64,000 bases of DNA from Eledone cirrhosa (Eukaryota). The notes under the pieces were generated by a model. The model saw only the letters and a program-made list of their open reading frames with translations, did not search any database and had not been told where the DNA came from. A program made the translations under genes and the position numbers. How positions within the stretch are numbered: position 1 is the first letter of the stretch; each line of letters begins with the position of its first letter. Shown one piece after another: positions 9,797 through 23,069 of this stretch. Location: contig CAXHJY010000168.1 in NCBI GenBank assembly GCA_964016885.1, positions 62,001-126,000 on the forward strand, given 5' to 3'.

Positions 9797-12478
9797 TGTA
9801 GTGACCTACATTCCGCGGGCTCACATACATTCTCTGTGCGTGATTTGGCTCAGTTCAGCCAATCAGCGCCAGTAGAAGAGGATGTATCCCTACGCGCCCT
9901 GAGGAAGAAATTCACCGCGAAGATTTGAAGAATCTCGCTCTTGTACCGGAAACTTCAAGCCAGCAACACGCATAATGTAACAGTGAGATATTGCACCCCT
10001 AGCCTCGCCGGCTTAGCGGCGCAATGGCACATTCCCTAATGTAACCTCTTTTTATCTGTAACTTCAACCATATAAATAAACAAACATTTCATCTCTAATT
10101 ACTGCGGTTGAAGTCGTTGTTATGTTACTCGTGTCTCAATAACATCTTTAATCCATGCTGCTGGAATTGGCGACCTGACGAAAGGAATATTGTAAATAGA
10201 TGGTAAATAGATCGAGGGACCTTCCCTCACGTCTATGTCGACAAGATAATCCAACGAGGATACTATCACTTACCACACTGGCAACTAACGACCACTGACT
10301 CTACCACCCTGCTAAAGTGGCGATAACATCTACAACTAATACTGCTAAAGTGGTGACCGACGTAAGAATGTCACGCAGCCCTTCTTATTCATTCAGTTTA
10401 ACTTTTATTGCCACGTCGCAACTTGCGAAAATCCAGAATATTCCTTTTAAGATTTTTGAAAAATTAGCAGTATTTCAAAAACTATTTCGCCACGAAAAAA
10501 TTTCAAGATGGCTATCGACATGTCATGGCTACGCTTGACAACAACAATGACAGCAGCAGCGACAGCGTTGTTTAACCACTGACCAATACAGGGAACAGTG
10601 AGTGGCAGCTTCATAACCTTACCAACGCCAACCACCACACATCGGAAATTTCAAAACGGCTTGTAACTTTACCGACGCAACCACCATACCTTCTGTCTCG
10701 TTACCACAGGGACGCGAGAAATTGAGACAGTAGTTTTCTCACCATTATGGCGTCAGACGTGACTGCCATATTTGGTGACTCCTACTCTACAGAAGATTCT
10801 TTGACTTTGCTTTAACAATAAGCAACACAACCGTGTGGCGGGACGGGAAAATGGCCACGAAATCTCACAAAAACACCATACATCTAACCCCTAACGGCAT
10901 TAACAAACTTCTTTTTCAGTTTTCAGATAGAACTAGTGTCTGTACACTGGTGATGTGTGAACTAATTGACTTTGAAAAACTTTGAACTTATTGAGCAATT
11001 TCTCTGCTCCCCTAGATTGACTTTGAATTATCAGTTTGTTACATTCACATATTTCTTTGTAGAATGCATTTACTTGTTTTGTGCTCTTTTGCTATTTGCT
11101 TGCTCATGGTTTTTGTTCATTCACATTCTTTGCTGTTTTACATGCCTGCATATGCACACATTTTTTTTATCACACACCAACATGTTGTTCTTGGTATATG
11201 TTCTTCAAACGTAATATTCTGCGAGTCCCTTTTCACCTGGTTGAGATGCTGGCAGCGCACAGAGCTTAATCCACTGGATTCAAACAGTCACCGCAACACG
11301 AGAATACTAATTGCCGCTGAACTCAAACAGCTTCGCATCTCGTTGCACACTGATTGTCCATGACGGCCATCCGTCTAGTTGGTTTTGCCCGACTCGCTGG
11401 GAAAGCAACAAATTGAACTGGACTTGTTAGCATTTCGGCCACTTCTGTGGATTCGCCCAAATTATGGAATTTACACTGCAACCCACCTACAAATTAAACT
11501 TGCCTTTTGTTCTTTACAAAGCAACTAGCCTTTTTTCCTGGCTCCACAGCACATTCGACAATACATCAGGGGGCCATCATTTTCTCGCCAGCACTGGTAA
11601 ACTACCATAATAGCTTCGTTCACAGCTACTGGTACAACGCTTACCATTAACATTTAATGCAAGAACAGTAACTTCGCCCATGTCAGACTTTATCCGTTTT
11701 TTGTTAGACCTTTGGCGGTCACGTATAAACAACAAAACAACTGGTCATTTGACACAGCGGCTCAACACGGCCCGTAGCGCCTCATTTTTTGTTCTTGCAT
11801 ACAACCTTCTGCTCAATTATTTTTTTCACTGATGAGCTCTTTCAGCATTTGTTCTTGCTGATTTAATATGTGAGTCCTTGGTTTCTTCGTTATCGATTTT
11901 CGGATGAAAATCTGGTTGGAGGTGATGTAGTGACCTACATTCCGCGGGCTCACATACATTCTCTGTGCGTGATTTGGCTCAGTTCACCCAATCAGCGCCA
12001 GTAGAAGAGGATGTATCCCTACGCGCCCTGAGGAAGAAATTCACCGCGAAGTTTTGAAGAATCTCGCTCTTGTACCGGAAACTTCAAGCCAGCAACACGC
12101 ATAATGTAACAGTGAGATATTGCACCCCTAGCCTCGCCGGCTTAACGACGCAATGGCACATTCCCTAATGTAACCTCTTTTTATCTGTAACTTCAACCAT
12201 ATGAATAAACAAACATTTCATCTCTAATTACTGCGGTTGAAGTCGTTGTTATGTTACTCGTGTCTCAATAACATCTTTAATCCATGCTGCTGGAATTGGC
12301 GACCTGACGAAAGGAATATTGTAAATAGATGGTAAATAGATCGAGGGACCTTCCCTCACGTCTATGTCGACAAGATAATCCAACGAGGATACTATCACTT
12401 ACCACACTGGCAACTAACGACCACTGATTCTACCACCCTGCTAAAGTGGCGATAACATCTACAACTAATACTGCTAAA
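9797..12478 (+). mobile_element. Non-autonomous LTR retroelement copy 2 (2682 bp; LTRs 9797-10349 and 11926-12478)
   Basis: Near-identical to copy 1 at offset 5464; GATC flanks. Confidence 0.92.
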
Positions 12479-15400
12479 GATCCATTTTTTATTTGGGGGA
12501 TCCATTTTTTATTTGGGTGATCCATTTTTTATTTGGGTGATCCATTTTTTATTTGGGGGATCCAATTTTTATTTGGGTGATCCATTTTTTATTTGGGTGA
12601 TCCATTTTTTATTTGGGTGATCCATTTTTTATTTGGGTGATCCATTTTTTATTTGGGTGATCCATTTTTTATTTGGGGTATCCATTTTTAATTTGGGTGT
12701 ACCATTTTTTATTTGGGTGATCCATTTTTTATTTGGGGGGTCCATTTTTTATTTGGGTGATCCATTTTTTATTTGGAGGATCCATTTTTTATTTGGGTGA
12801 TCCATTTTTTATTTGGGGTATCCATTTTTAATTTGGGTGTACCATTTTTTATTTGGGTGATCCATTTTTTATTTGGGGGGTCCATTTTTTATTTGGGTGA
12901 TCCATTTTTTAATTGGGTGATCCATTTTTTATTTGGGTGATCCATTTTTTATTTGGGTGATCCATTTTTTATTTGGGGGATCCATTTTTCATTTGGGTGA
13001 TCCATTTTTTATTTGGGGGATCCATTTTTTATTTGGGTGATCCATTTTTTATTTGGGTGATCCATTTTTTATTTGGGTGATCCATTTTATATTTGGGTGA
13101 TCCATTTTTTATTTGAGGGATCCATTTTTTATTTGGGTGATCCATTTTTTATTTGGGTGATCCATTTTTTATTTGGGGGATCCATTTTTTATTTGGGTGA
13201 TCCATTTTTTATTTGGGTGATCCATTTTTTATTTGGGGGATCCATTTTTTATTTGGGTGATCCATTTTTTATTTGGGGGATCCATTTCTTATTTGGGTGA
13301 TCCATTTTTTATTTGGGTGATCCATTTTTTATTTGGGGGATCCAGTTTTTATTTGGGGGATCCATTTTTTATTTGGGTGATCCATTTTTTATTTGGGGGA
13401 TCCATTTTTTATTTGGGTGATCCATTTTTTATTTGGGTGATCCATTTTTTATTTGGGTGATCCATTTTTTATTTGGATGATCCATTTTTTATTTGGGTGA
13501 TACATTTTTTATTTGGGGGATCCATTTTTTATTTGGGTGATCCATTTTTTATTTGGGGGATCCATTTTTTATTTGGGTGATCCATTTTTTATTTGGGTGA
13601 TCCATTTTTTATTTGGGGGATCCATTTTTTATTTGGGTGATCCATTTTTTATTTGGGTGATCCATTTTTTATTTGGGTGATCCATTTTTTATTTGGGTGA
13701 TCCATTTTTTATTTGGATGATCCATTTTTTATTTGGGTGATCCATTTTTTATTTGGAGGATCCATTTTTTATTTGGGTGATCCATTTTTTATTTGGGGGA
13801 TCCATTTTTTATTTGGTGGATCCATTTTTTATTTGGGTGATCCATTTTTTATTTGGGGGATCCATTTTTTATTTGGGTGATCCATTTTTTATTTGGGTGA
13901 TCCATTTTTTATTTGGGGGATCCATTTTTTATTTGGGTGATCCATTTTTTATTTGGGTGATCCATATTTTATTTGGGTGATCCATTTTTTATTTTGGGGA
14001 TCCATTTTTTATTTGGGTGATCCATTTTTTATTTGGGGGATCCATTTTTTATTTGGGGGATCCATTTTTTATTTGAGTGATCCATTTTTTATTTGGGGGA
14101 TCCATTTTTTATTTGGGTGATCCATTTTTTATTTGGGTGATCCATTTTTTATTTGGGTGATCCATTTTTTATTTGGGCGATGCATTTTTTATTTGGGGGA
14201 TCCATTTTCTATTTGGGTGATCCATTTTTTATTTGGGTGATCCATTTTTTATTTGGGGGATCCATTTTTTATTGGGGGGATCCATTTTTTATTTGGGGGG
14301 ATCCATTTTTTATTTGGGGGATCCATTTTTTATTTGGGGGGTCCATTTTTTATTTGGGTGATCCATTTTTTATTTGGAGGATCCATTTTTTATTTGGGTG
14401 ATCCATTTTTTATTTGGGGTATCCATTTTTAATTTGGGTGTACCATTTTTTATTTGGGTGATCCATTTTTTATTTGGGGGGTCCATTTTTTATTTGGGTG
14501 ATCCATTTTTTAATTGGGTGATCCATTTTTTATTTGGGTGATCCATTTTTTATTTGGGTGATCCATTTTTTATTTGGGGGATCCATTTTTCATTTGGGTG
14601 ATCCATTTTTTATTTGGGGGATCCATTTTTTATTTGGGTGATCCATTTTTTATTTGGGTGATCCATTTTTTATTTGGGTGATCCATTTTATATTTGGGTG
14701 ATTCATTTTTTATTTGAGGGATCCATTTTTTATTTGGGTGATCCATTTTTTATTTGGGTGATCCATTTTTTATTTGGGGGATCCATTTTTTATTTGGGTG
14801 ATCCATTTTTTATTTGGGTGATCCATTTTTTATTTGGGGGATCCATTTTTTATTTGGGTGATCCATTTTTTATTTGGGGGATCCATTTCTTATTTGGGTG
14901 ATCCATTTTTTATTTGGGTGATCCATTTTTTATTTGGGGGATCCAGTTTTTATTTGGGGGATCCATTTTTTATTTGGGTGATCCATTTTTTATTTGGGGG
15001 ATCCATTTTTTATTTGGGTGATCCATTTTTTATTTGGGTGATCCATTTTTTATTTGGGTGATCCATTTTTTATTTGGATGATCCATTTTTTATTTGGGTG
15101 ATACATTTTTTATTTGGGGGATCCATTTTTTATTTGGGTGATCCATTTTTTATTTGGGGGATCCATTTTTTATTTGGGTGATCCATTTTTTATTTGGGTG
15201 ATCCATTTTTTATTTGGGGGATCCATTTTTTATTTGGGTGATCCATTTTTTATTTGGGTGATCCATTTTTTATTTGGGTGATCCATTTTTTATTTGGGTG
15301 ATCCATTTTTTATTTGGATGATCCATTTTTTATTTGGGTGATCCATTTTTTATTTGGAGGATCCATTTTTTATTTGGGTGATCCATTTTTTATTTGGGGG

Positions 15401-17225
15401 ATCCATTTTTTATTTGGTGGATCCATTTTTTATTTGGGTGATCCATTTTTTATTTGGGGGATCCATTTTTTATTTGGGTGATCCATTTTTTATTTGGGTG
15501 ATCCATTTTTTATTTGGGGGATCCATTTTTTATTTGGGTGATCCATTTTTTATTTGGGTGATCCATATTTTATTTGGGTGATCCATTTTTTATTTTGGGG
15601 ATCCATTTTTTATTTGGGTGATCCATTTTTTATTTGGGGGATCCATTTTTTATTTGGGGGATCCATTTTTTATTTGAATGATCCATTTTTTATTTGGGGG
15701 ATCCATTTTTTATTTGGGTGATCCATTTTTTATTTGGGTGATCCATTTTTTATTTGGGTGATCCATTTTTTATTTGGGCGATGCATTTTTTATTTGGGGG
15801 ATCCATTTTCTATTTGGGTGATCCATTTTTTATTTGGGTGATCCATTTTTTATTTGGGGGATCCATTTTTTATTGGGGGGATCCATTTTTTATTTGGGGG
15901 CATCCATTTTTTATTTGGGGGATCCATTTTTTATTTGGGGGGTCCATTTTTTATTTGGGTGATCCATTTTTTATTTGGAGGATCCATTTTTTATTTGGGT
16001 GATCCATTTTTTATTTGGGGTATCCATTTTTAATTTGGGTGTACCATTTTTTATTTGGGTGATCCATTTTTTATTTGGGGGATCCATTTTTCATTTGGGT
16101 GATCCATTTTTTATTTGGGGGATCCATTTTTCATTTGGGTGATCCATTTTTTATTTGGGTGATCCATTTTTTATTTGGGTGATCCATTTTTTATTTGGGT
16201 GATCCATTTTATATTTGGGTGATCCATTTTTTATTTGAGGGATCCATTTTTTATTTGGGTGATCCATTTTTTATTTGGGTGATCCATTTTTTATTTGGGG
16301 GATCCATTTTTTATTTGGGTGATCCATTTTTTATTTGGGTGATCCATTTTTTATTTGGGGGATCCATTTTTTATTTGGGTGATCCATTTTTTATTTGGGG
16401 GATCCATTTCTTATTTGGGTGATCCATTTTTTATTTGGGTGATCCATTTTTTATTTGGGGGATCCAGTTTTTATTTGGGGGATCCATTTTTTATTTGGGT
16501 GATCCATTTTTTATTTGGGGGATCCATTTTTTATTTGGGTGATCCATTTTTTATTTGGGTGATCCATTTTTTATTTGGGTGATCCATTTTTTATTTGGGT
16601 GATCCATTTTTTATTTGAGGGATCCATTTTTTATTTGGGGGATCCATTTTTTATTTGGGTGATCCATTTTTTATTTGGGTGATCCATATTTTATTTTGGT
16701 GATCCATTTTTTATTTTGGGGATCCATTTTTTATTTGGGTGATCAATTTTTTATTTGGGGGATCCATTTTTTATTTGGGGGATCCATTTTTTATTTGAGT
16801 GATCCATTTTTTATTTGGGGGATCCATTTTTTATTTGGGTGATCCATTTTTTATTTGGGTGATCCATTTTTTATTTGGGTGATCCATTTTTTATTTGGGC
16901 GATGCATTTTTTATTTGGGGGATCCATTTTCTATTTGGGTGATCCATTTTTTATTTGGGTGATCCATTTTTTATTTGGGGGATCCATTTTTTATTGGGGG
17001 GATCCATTTTTTATTTGGGGGGATCCATTTTTTATTTGGGGGATCCATTTTTTATTTAGGTGATCCATTTTTTATTTGGGCGATCCCTTTTTTATTTGGG
17101 GGATCCAGTTTTTATTTGGGTGATCCATTTTTTATTCGGGTGATCCATTTTTTATTTGGGTGATCCATTTTTTATTTGGGTGATCCATTTTTTATTTGGG
17201 TGATCCATTTTTTATTTGGGGGATC

Positions 17226-17778
17226 TGTAGTGACCTACATTCCGCGGGCTCACATACATTCTCTGTGCATGATTTGGCTCAGTTCAGCCAATCAGCGCCA
17301 GTAGAAGAGGATGTATCCCTACGCGCCCTGAGAAAGAAATTCACCTCGAAGATTTGAAGAATCTCGGTCTTGTACCGGAAACTTCAAGCCAGCAACACGC
17401 ATAATGTAACAGTGAGATATTGCACCCCTAGCCTCGCCGGCTTAACGGCGCAATGGCACATTCCCTAATGTAACCTCTTTTTATCTGTAACTTCAACCAT
17501 ATAAATAAACAAACATTTCATCTCTAATTACTGCAGTTGAAGTCGTTGTTATGTTACTCCTGTCTCAATGACATCTTTAATCCATGCTGCTGGAATTGGC
17601 GACCTGACGAAAGGAATATTGTAAATAGATGGTAAATAGATCGAGGGACCTTCCCTCACGTCTATGCCGACAAGATAATCCAACGAGGATACTATCACTT
17701 ACCACACTGGCAACTAAAGACCACTGATTCTACCACCCTGCTAAAGTGGCAATAACATCTACAACTAATACTGCTAAA
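17226..17778 (+). mobile_element. Solo LTR copy 4 (553 bp)
   Basis: Solo-type alleles plus private changes (gtgcAtg, gagAaag, cacCTcg); GATC flanks. Confidence 0.93.
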
Positions 17779-17982
17779 GATCCATTTTTTATTTGGGGGA
17801 TCCATTTTTTATTTGGGTGATCCATTTTTTATTTGGGTGATACATTTTTTATTTGGGGGATCCATTTTTTATTTGGGTGATCCATTTTTTATTTGGGTGA
17901 TCCATTTTTTATTTGGGTGATCCATTTTTTATTTGGGGGATCCATTTTTTATTTGGGTGATCCATTTTTTATTTGGGGGATC

Positions 17983-20662
17983 TGTAGTGACCTACATTCC
18001 GCGGGCTCACATACATTCTCTGTGCGTGATTTGGCTCAGTTCAGCCAATCAGCGCCAGTAGAAGAGGATGTATCCCTACGCGCCCTGAGGAAGAAATTCA
18101 CCGCGAAGATTTGAAGAATCTCGCTCTTGTACCGGAAACTTCAAGCCAGCAACACGCATAATGTAACAGTGAGATATTGCACCCCTAGCCTCGCCGGCTT
18201 AGCGGCGCAATGGCACATTCCCTAATGTAACCTCTTTTTATCTGTAACTTCAACCATATAAATAAACAAACATTTCATCTCTAATTACTGCGGTTGAAGT
18301 CGTTGTTATGTTACTCGTGTCTCAATAACATCTTTAATCCATGCTGCTGGAATTGGCGACCTGACGAAAGGAATATTGTAAATAGATGGTAAATAGATCG
18401 AGGGACCTTCCCTCACGTCTATGTCGACAAGATAATCCAACGAGGATACTATCACTTACCACACTGGCAACTAACGACCACTGACTCTACCACCCTGCTA
18501 AAGTGGCGATAACATCTACAACTAATACTGCTAAAGTGGTGACCGACGTAAGAATGTCACGCAGCCCTTCTTATTCATTCAGTTTAACTTTTATTGCCAC
18601 GTCGCAACTTGCGAAAATCCAGAATATTCCTTTTAAGATTTTTGAAAAATTAGCAGTATTTCAAAAACTATTTCGCCACGAAAAAATTTCAAGATGGCTA
18701 TCGACATGTCATGGCTACGCTTGACAACAACAATGACAGCAGCAGCGACAGCGTTGTTTAACCACTGACCAATACAGGGAACAGTGAGTGGCAGCTTCAT
18801 AACCTTACCAACGCCAACCACCACACATCGGAAATTTCAAAACGGCTTGTAACTTTACCGACGCAACCACCATACCTTCTGTCTCGTTACCACAGGGACG
18901 CGAGAAATTGAGACAGTAGTTTTCTCACCATTATGGCGTCAGACGTGACTGCCATATTTGGTGACTCCTACTCTACAGAAGATTCTTTGACTTTGCTTTA
19001 ACAATAAGCAACACAACCGTGTGGCGGGACGGGAAAATGGCCACGAAATCTCACAAAAACACCATACATCTAACCCCTAACGGCATTAACAAACTTCTTT
19101 TTCAGTTTTCAGATAGAACTAGTGTCTGTACACTGGTGATGTGTGAACTAATTGACTTTGAAAAACTTTGAACTTATTGAGCAATTTCTCTGCTCCCCTA
19201 GATTGACTTTGAATTATCAGTTTGTTACATTCACATATTTCTTTGTAGAATGCATTTACTTGTTTTGTGCTCTTTTGCTATTTGCTTGCTCATGGTTTTT
19301 GTTCATTCACATTCTTTGCTGTTTTACATGCCTGCATATGCACACATTTTTTTTATCACACACCAACATGTTGTTCTTGGTATATGTTCTTCAAACGTAA
19401 TATTCTGCGAGTCCCTTTTCACCTGGTTGAGATGCTGGCAGCGCACAGAGCTTAATCCACTGGATTCAAACAGTCACCGCAACACGAGAATACTAATTGC
19501 CGCTGAACTCAAACAGCTTCGCATCTCGTTGCACACTGATTGTCCATGACGGCCATCCGTCTAGTTGGTTTTGCCCGACTCGCTGGGAAAGCAACAAATT
19601 GAACTGGACTTGTTAGCATTTCGGCCACTTCTGTGGATTCGCCCAAATTATGGAATTTACACTGCAACCCACCTACAAATTAAACTTGCCTTTTGTTCTT
19701 TACAAAGCAACCAGCCTTTTTTCCTGGCTCCACAGCACATTCGACAATACATCAGGGGGCCATCATTTTCTCGCCAGCACTGGTAAACTACCATAATAGC
19801 TTCGTTCACAGCTACTGGTACAACGCTTACCATTAACATTTAATGCAAGAACAGTAACTTCGCCCATGTCAGACTTTATCCGTTTTTTGTTAGACCTTTG
19901 GCGGTCACGTATAAACAACAAAACGACTGGTCATTTGACACAGCGGCTCAACACGGCCCGTAGCGCCTCATTTTTTGTTCTTGCATGCAACCTTCTGCTC
20001 AATTATTTTTTTCACTGATGAGCTCTTTCAGCATTTGTTCTTGCTGATTTAATATGTGAGTCCTTGGTTTCTTCGTTATCGATTTTCGGATGAAAATCTG
20101 GTTGGAGGTGATGTAGTGACCTACATTCCGCGGGCTCACATACATTCTCTGTGCGTGATTTGGCTCAGTTCACCCAATCAGCGCCAGTAGAAGAGGATGT
20201 ATCCCTACGCGCCCTGAGGAAGAAATTCACCGCGAAGTTTTGAAGAATCTCGCTCTTGTACCGGAAACTTCAAGCCAGCAACACGCATAATGTAACAGTG
20301 AGATATTGCACCCCTAGCCTCGCCGGCTTAACGGCGCAATGGCACATTCCCTAATGTAACCTCTTTTTATCTGTAACTTCAACCATATGAATAAACAAAC
20401 ATTTCATCTCTAATTACTGCGGTTGAAGTCGTTGTTATGTTACTCGTGTCTCAATAACATCTTTAATCCATGCTGCTGGAATTGGCGACCTGACGAAAGG
20501 AATATTGTAAATAGATGGTAAATAGATCGAGGGACCTTCCCTCACGTCTATGTCGACAAGATAATCCAACGAGGATACTATCACTTACCACTGGCAACTA
20601 ACGACCACTGATTCTACCACCCTGCTAAAGTGGCGATAACATCTACAACTAATACTGCTAAA
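17983..20662 (+). mobile_element. Non-autonomous LTR retroelement copy 3 (2680 bp; LTRs 17983-18535 and 20112-20662)
   Basis: Near-identical to copies 1 and 2; the 3' LTR has a 2-bp CA deletion; GATC flanks. Confidence 0.92.
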
Positions 20663-22841
20663 GATCCATTTTTTATTTGGGGGATCCATTTTTTATTTGG
20701 GTGATCCATTTTTTATTTGGGTGATCCATTTTTTATTTGGGGGATCCAATTTTTATTTGGGTGATCCATTTTTTATTTGGGTGATCCATTTTTTATTTGG
20801 GTGATCCATTTTTTATTTGGGTGATCCATTTTTTATTTGGGGTATCCATTTTTAATTTGGGTGTACCATTTTTTATTTGGGTGATCCATTTTTTATTTGG
20901 GGGGTCCATTTTTTATTTGGGTGATCCATTTTTTATTTGGAGGATCCATTTTTTATTTGGGTGATCCATTTTTTATTTGGGGTATCCATTTTTAATTTGG
21001 GTGTACCATTTTTTATTTGGGTGATCCATTTTTTATTTGGGGGGTCCATTTTTTATTTGGGTGATCCATTTTTTATTTCGGTGATCCATTTTTTATTTGG
21101 GTGATCCATTTTTTATTTGGGGGATCCATTTTTCATTTGGGTGATCCATTTTTTATTTGGGGGATCCATTTTTTATTTGGGTGATCCATTTTTTATTTGG
21201 GTGATCCATTTTTTATTTGGGTGATCCATTTTATATTTGGGTGATCCATTTTTTATTTGAGGGATCCATTTTTTATTTGGGTGATCCATTTTTTATTTGG
21301 GTGATCCATTTTTTATTTGGGGGATCCATCTTTTATTTGGGTGATCCATTTTTTATTTGGGTGATCCATTTTTTATTTGGGGGATCCATTTTTTATTTGG
21401 GTGATCCATTTTTTATTTGGGGGATCCATTTCTTATTTGGGTGATCCATTTTTTATTTGGGTGATCCATTTTTTATTTGGGGGATCCAGTTTTTATTTGG
21501 GGGATCCATTTTTTATTTGGGTGATCCATTTTTTATTTGGGGGATCCATTTTTTATTTGGGTGATCCATTTTTTATTTGGGTGATCCATTTTTTATTTGG
21601 GTGATCCATTTTTTATTTGGATGATCCATTTTTTATTTGGGTGATACATTTTTTATTTGGGGGATCCATTTTTTATTTGGGTGATCCATTTTTTATTTGG
21701 GGGATCCATTTTTTATTTGGGTGATCCATTTTTTATTTGGGTGATCCATTTTTTATTTGGGGGATCCATTTTTTTATTTGGGTGATCCATTTTTTATTTG
21801 GGTGATCCATTTTTTATTTGGGTGATCCATTTTTTATTTGGGTGATCCATTTTTTATTTGGATGATCCATTTTTTATTTGGGTGATCCATTTTTTATTTG
21901 GAGGATCCATTTTTTATTTGGGTGATCCATTTTTTATTTGGGGGGTCCATTTTTTATTTGGTGGATCCATTTTTTATTTGGGTGATCCATTTTTTATTTG
22001 GGGGATCCATTTTTTATTTGGGTGATCCATTTTTTATTTGGGTGATCCATTTTTTATTTGGGGAATCCATTTTTTATTTGGGTGATCCATTATTTATTTG
22101 GGTGATCCATATTTTATTTGGGTGATCCATTTTTTATTTTGGGGATCCATTTTTTATTTGGGTGATCCATTTTTTATTTGGGGGATCCATTTTTTATTTG
22201 GGGGATCCATTTTTTATTTGAGTGATCCATTTTTTATTTGGGGGATCCATTTTTTATTTGGGTGATCCATTTTTTATTTGGGGGATCCAATTTTTATTTG
22301 GGTGATCCATTTTTTATTTGGGTGATCCATTTTTTATTTGGGTGATCCATTTTTTATTTGGGTGATCCATTTTTTATTTGGGTGATCCATTTTTTATTTG
22401 GGGTATCCATTTTTAATTTGGGTGTACCATTTTTTATTTGGGTGATCCATTTTTTATTTGGGGGGTCCATTTTTTATTTGGGTGATCCATTTTTTATTTG
22501 GAGGATCCATTTTTTATTTGGGTGATCCATTTTTTATTTGGGGTATCCATTTTTAATTTGGGTGTACCATTTTTTATTTGGGTGATCCATTTTTTATTTG
22601 GGGGGTCCATTTTTTATTTGGGTGATCCATTTTTTATTTGGGTGATCCATTTATTATTTGGGTGATCCATTTTTTATTTGCGTGATCCATCTTTTATTTG
22701 GGGGATCCATTTTTCATTTGGGTGATCCATTTTTTATTTGGGTGGATCCATTTTTTATTTTGGGGATCCATTTCTTATTTGGGTGATCCATTTTTTATTT
22801 GGGGGATCCATTTTTTATTTGGGGGATCCATTTTTTATTTG

Positions 22842-23069
22842 ATGGATCCCCCAAATAAAAAATGGATCACCCAAATAAAAAATGGATCCCCAAATAAAAA
22901 ATGGATCACCCAAATAAAAAATGGATCACCTAAATAAAAAATGGATCCCCCAAATAAAAAATGGATCACCCAAATAAAAAATGGATCACCCAAATAAAAA
23001 ATGGATCACCCAAATAAAAAAATGGATCCCCCAAATAAAAAAGGGATCCGCCAAATAAAAAAGGGATCC
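22842..23069 (-). repeat. Inverted satellite block (~11 monomers), copy 1
   Basis: Reads ATGGATCMCCCAAATAAAAA, the reverse complement of the monomer, between forward-orientation flanks. Confidence 0.96.

Noticed and set aside
3576-12478. Cassette copies as pure assembly duplication
   Set aside because: Each copy has private substitutions or indels and different spacer lengths. An artefact cannot be fully excluded without reads but is unlikely.
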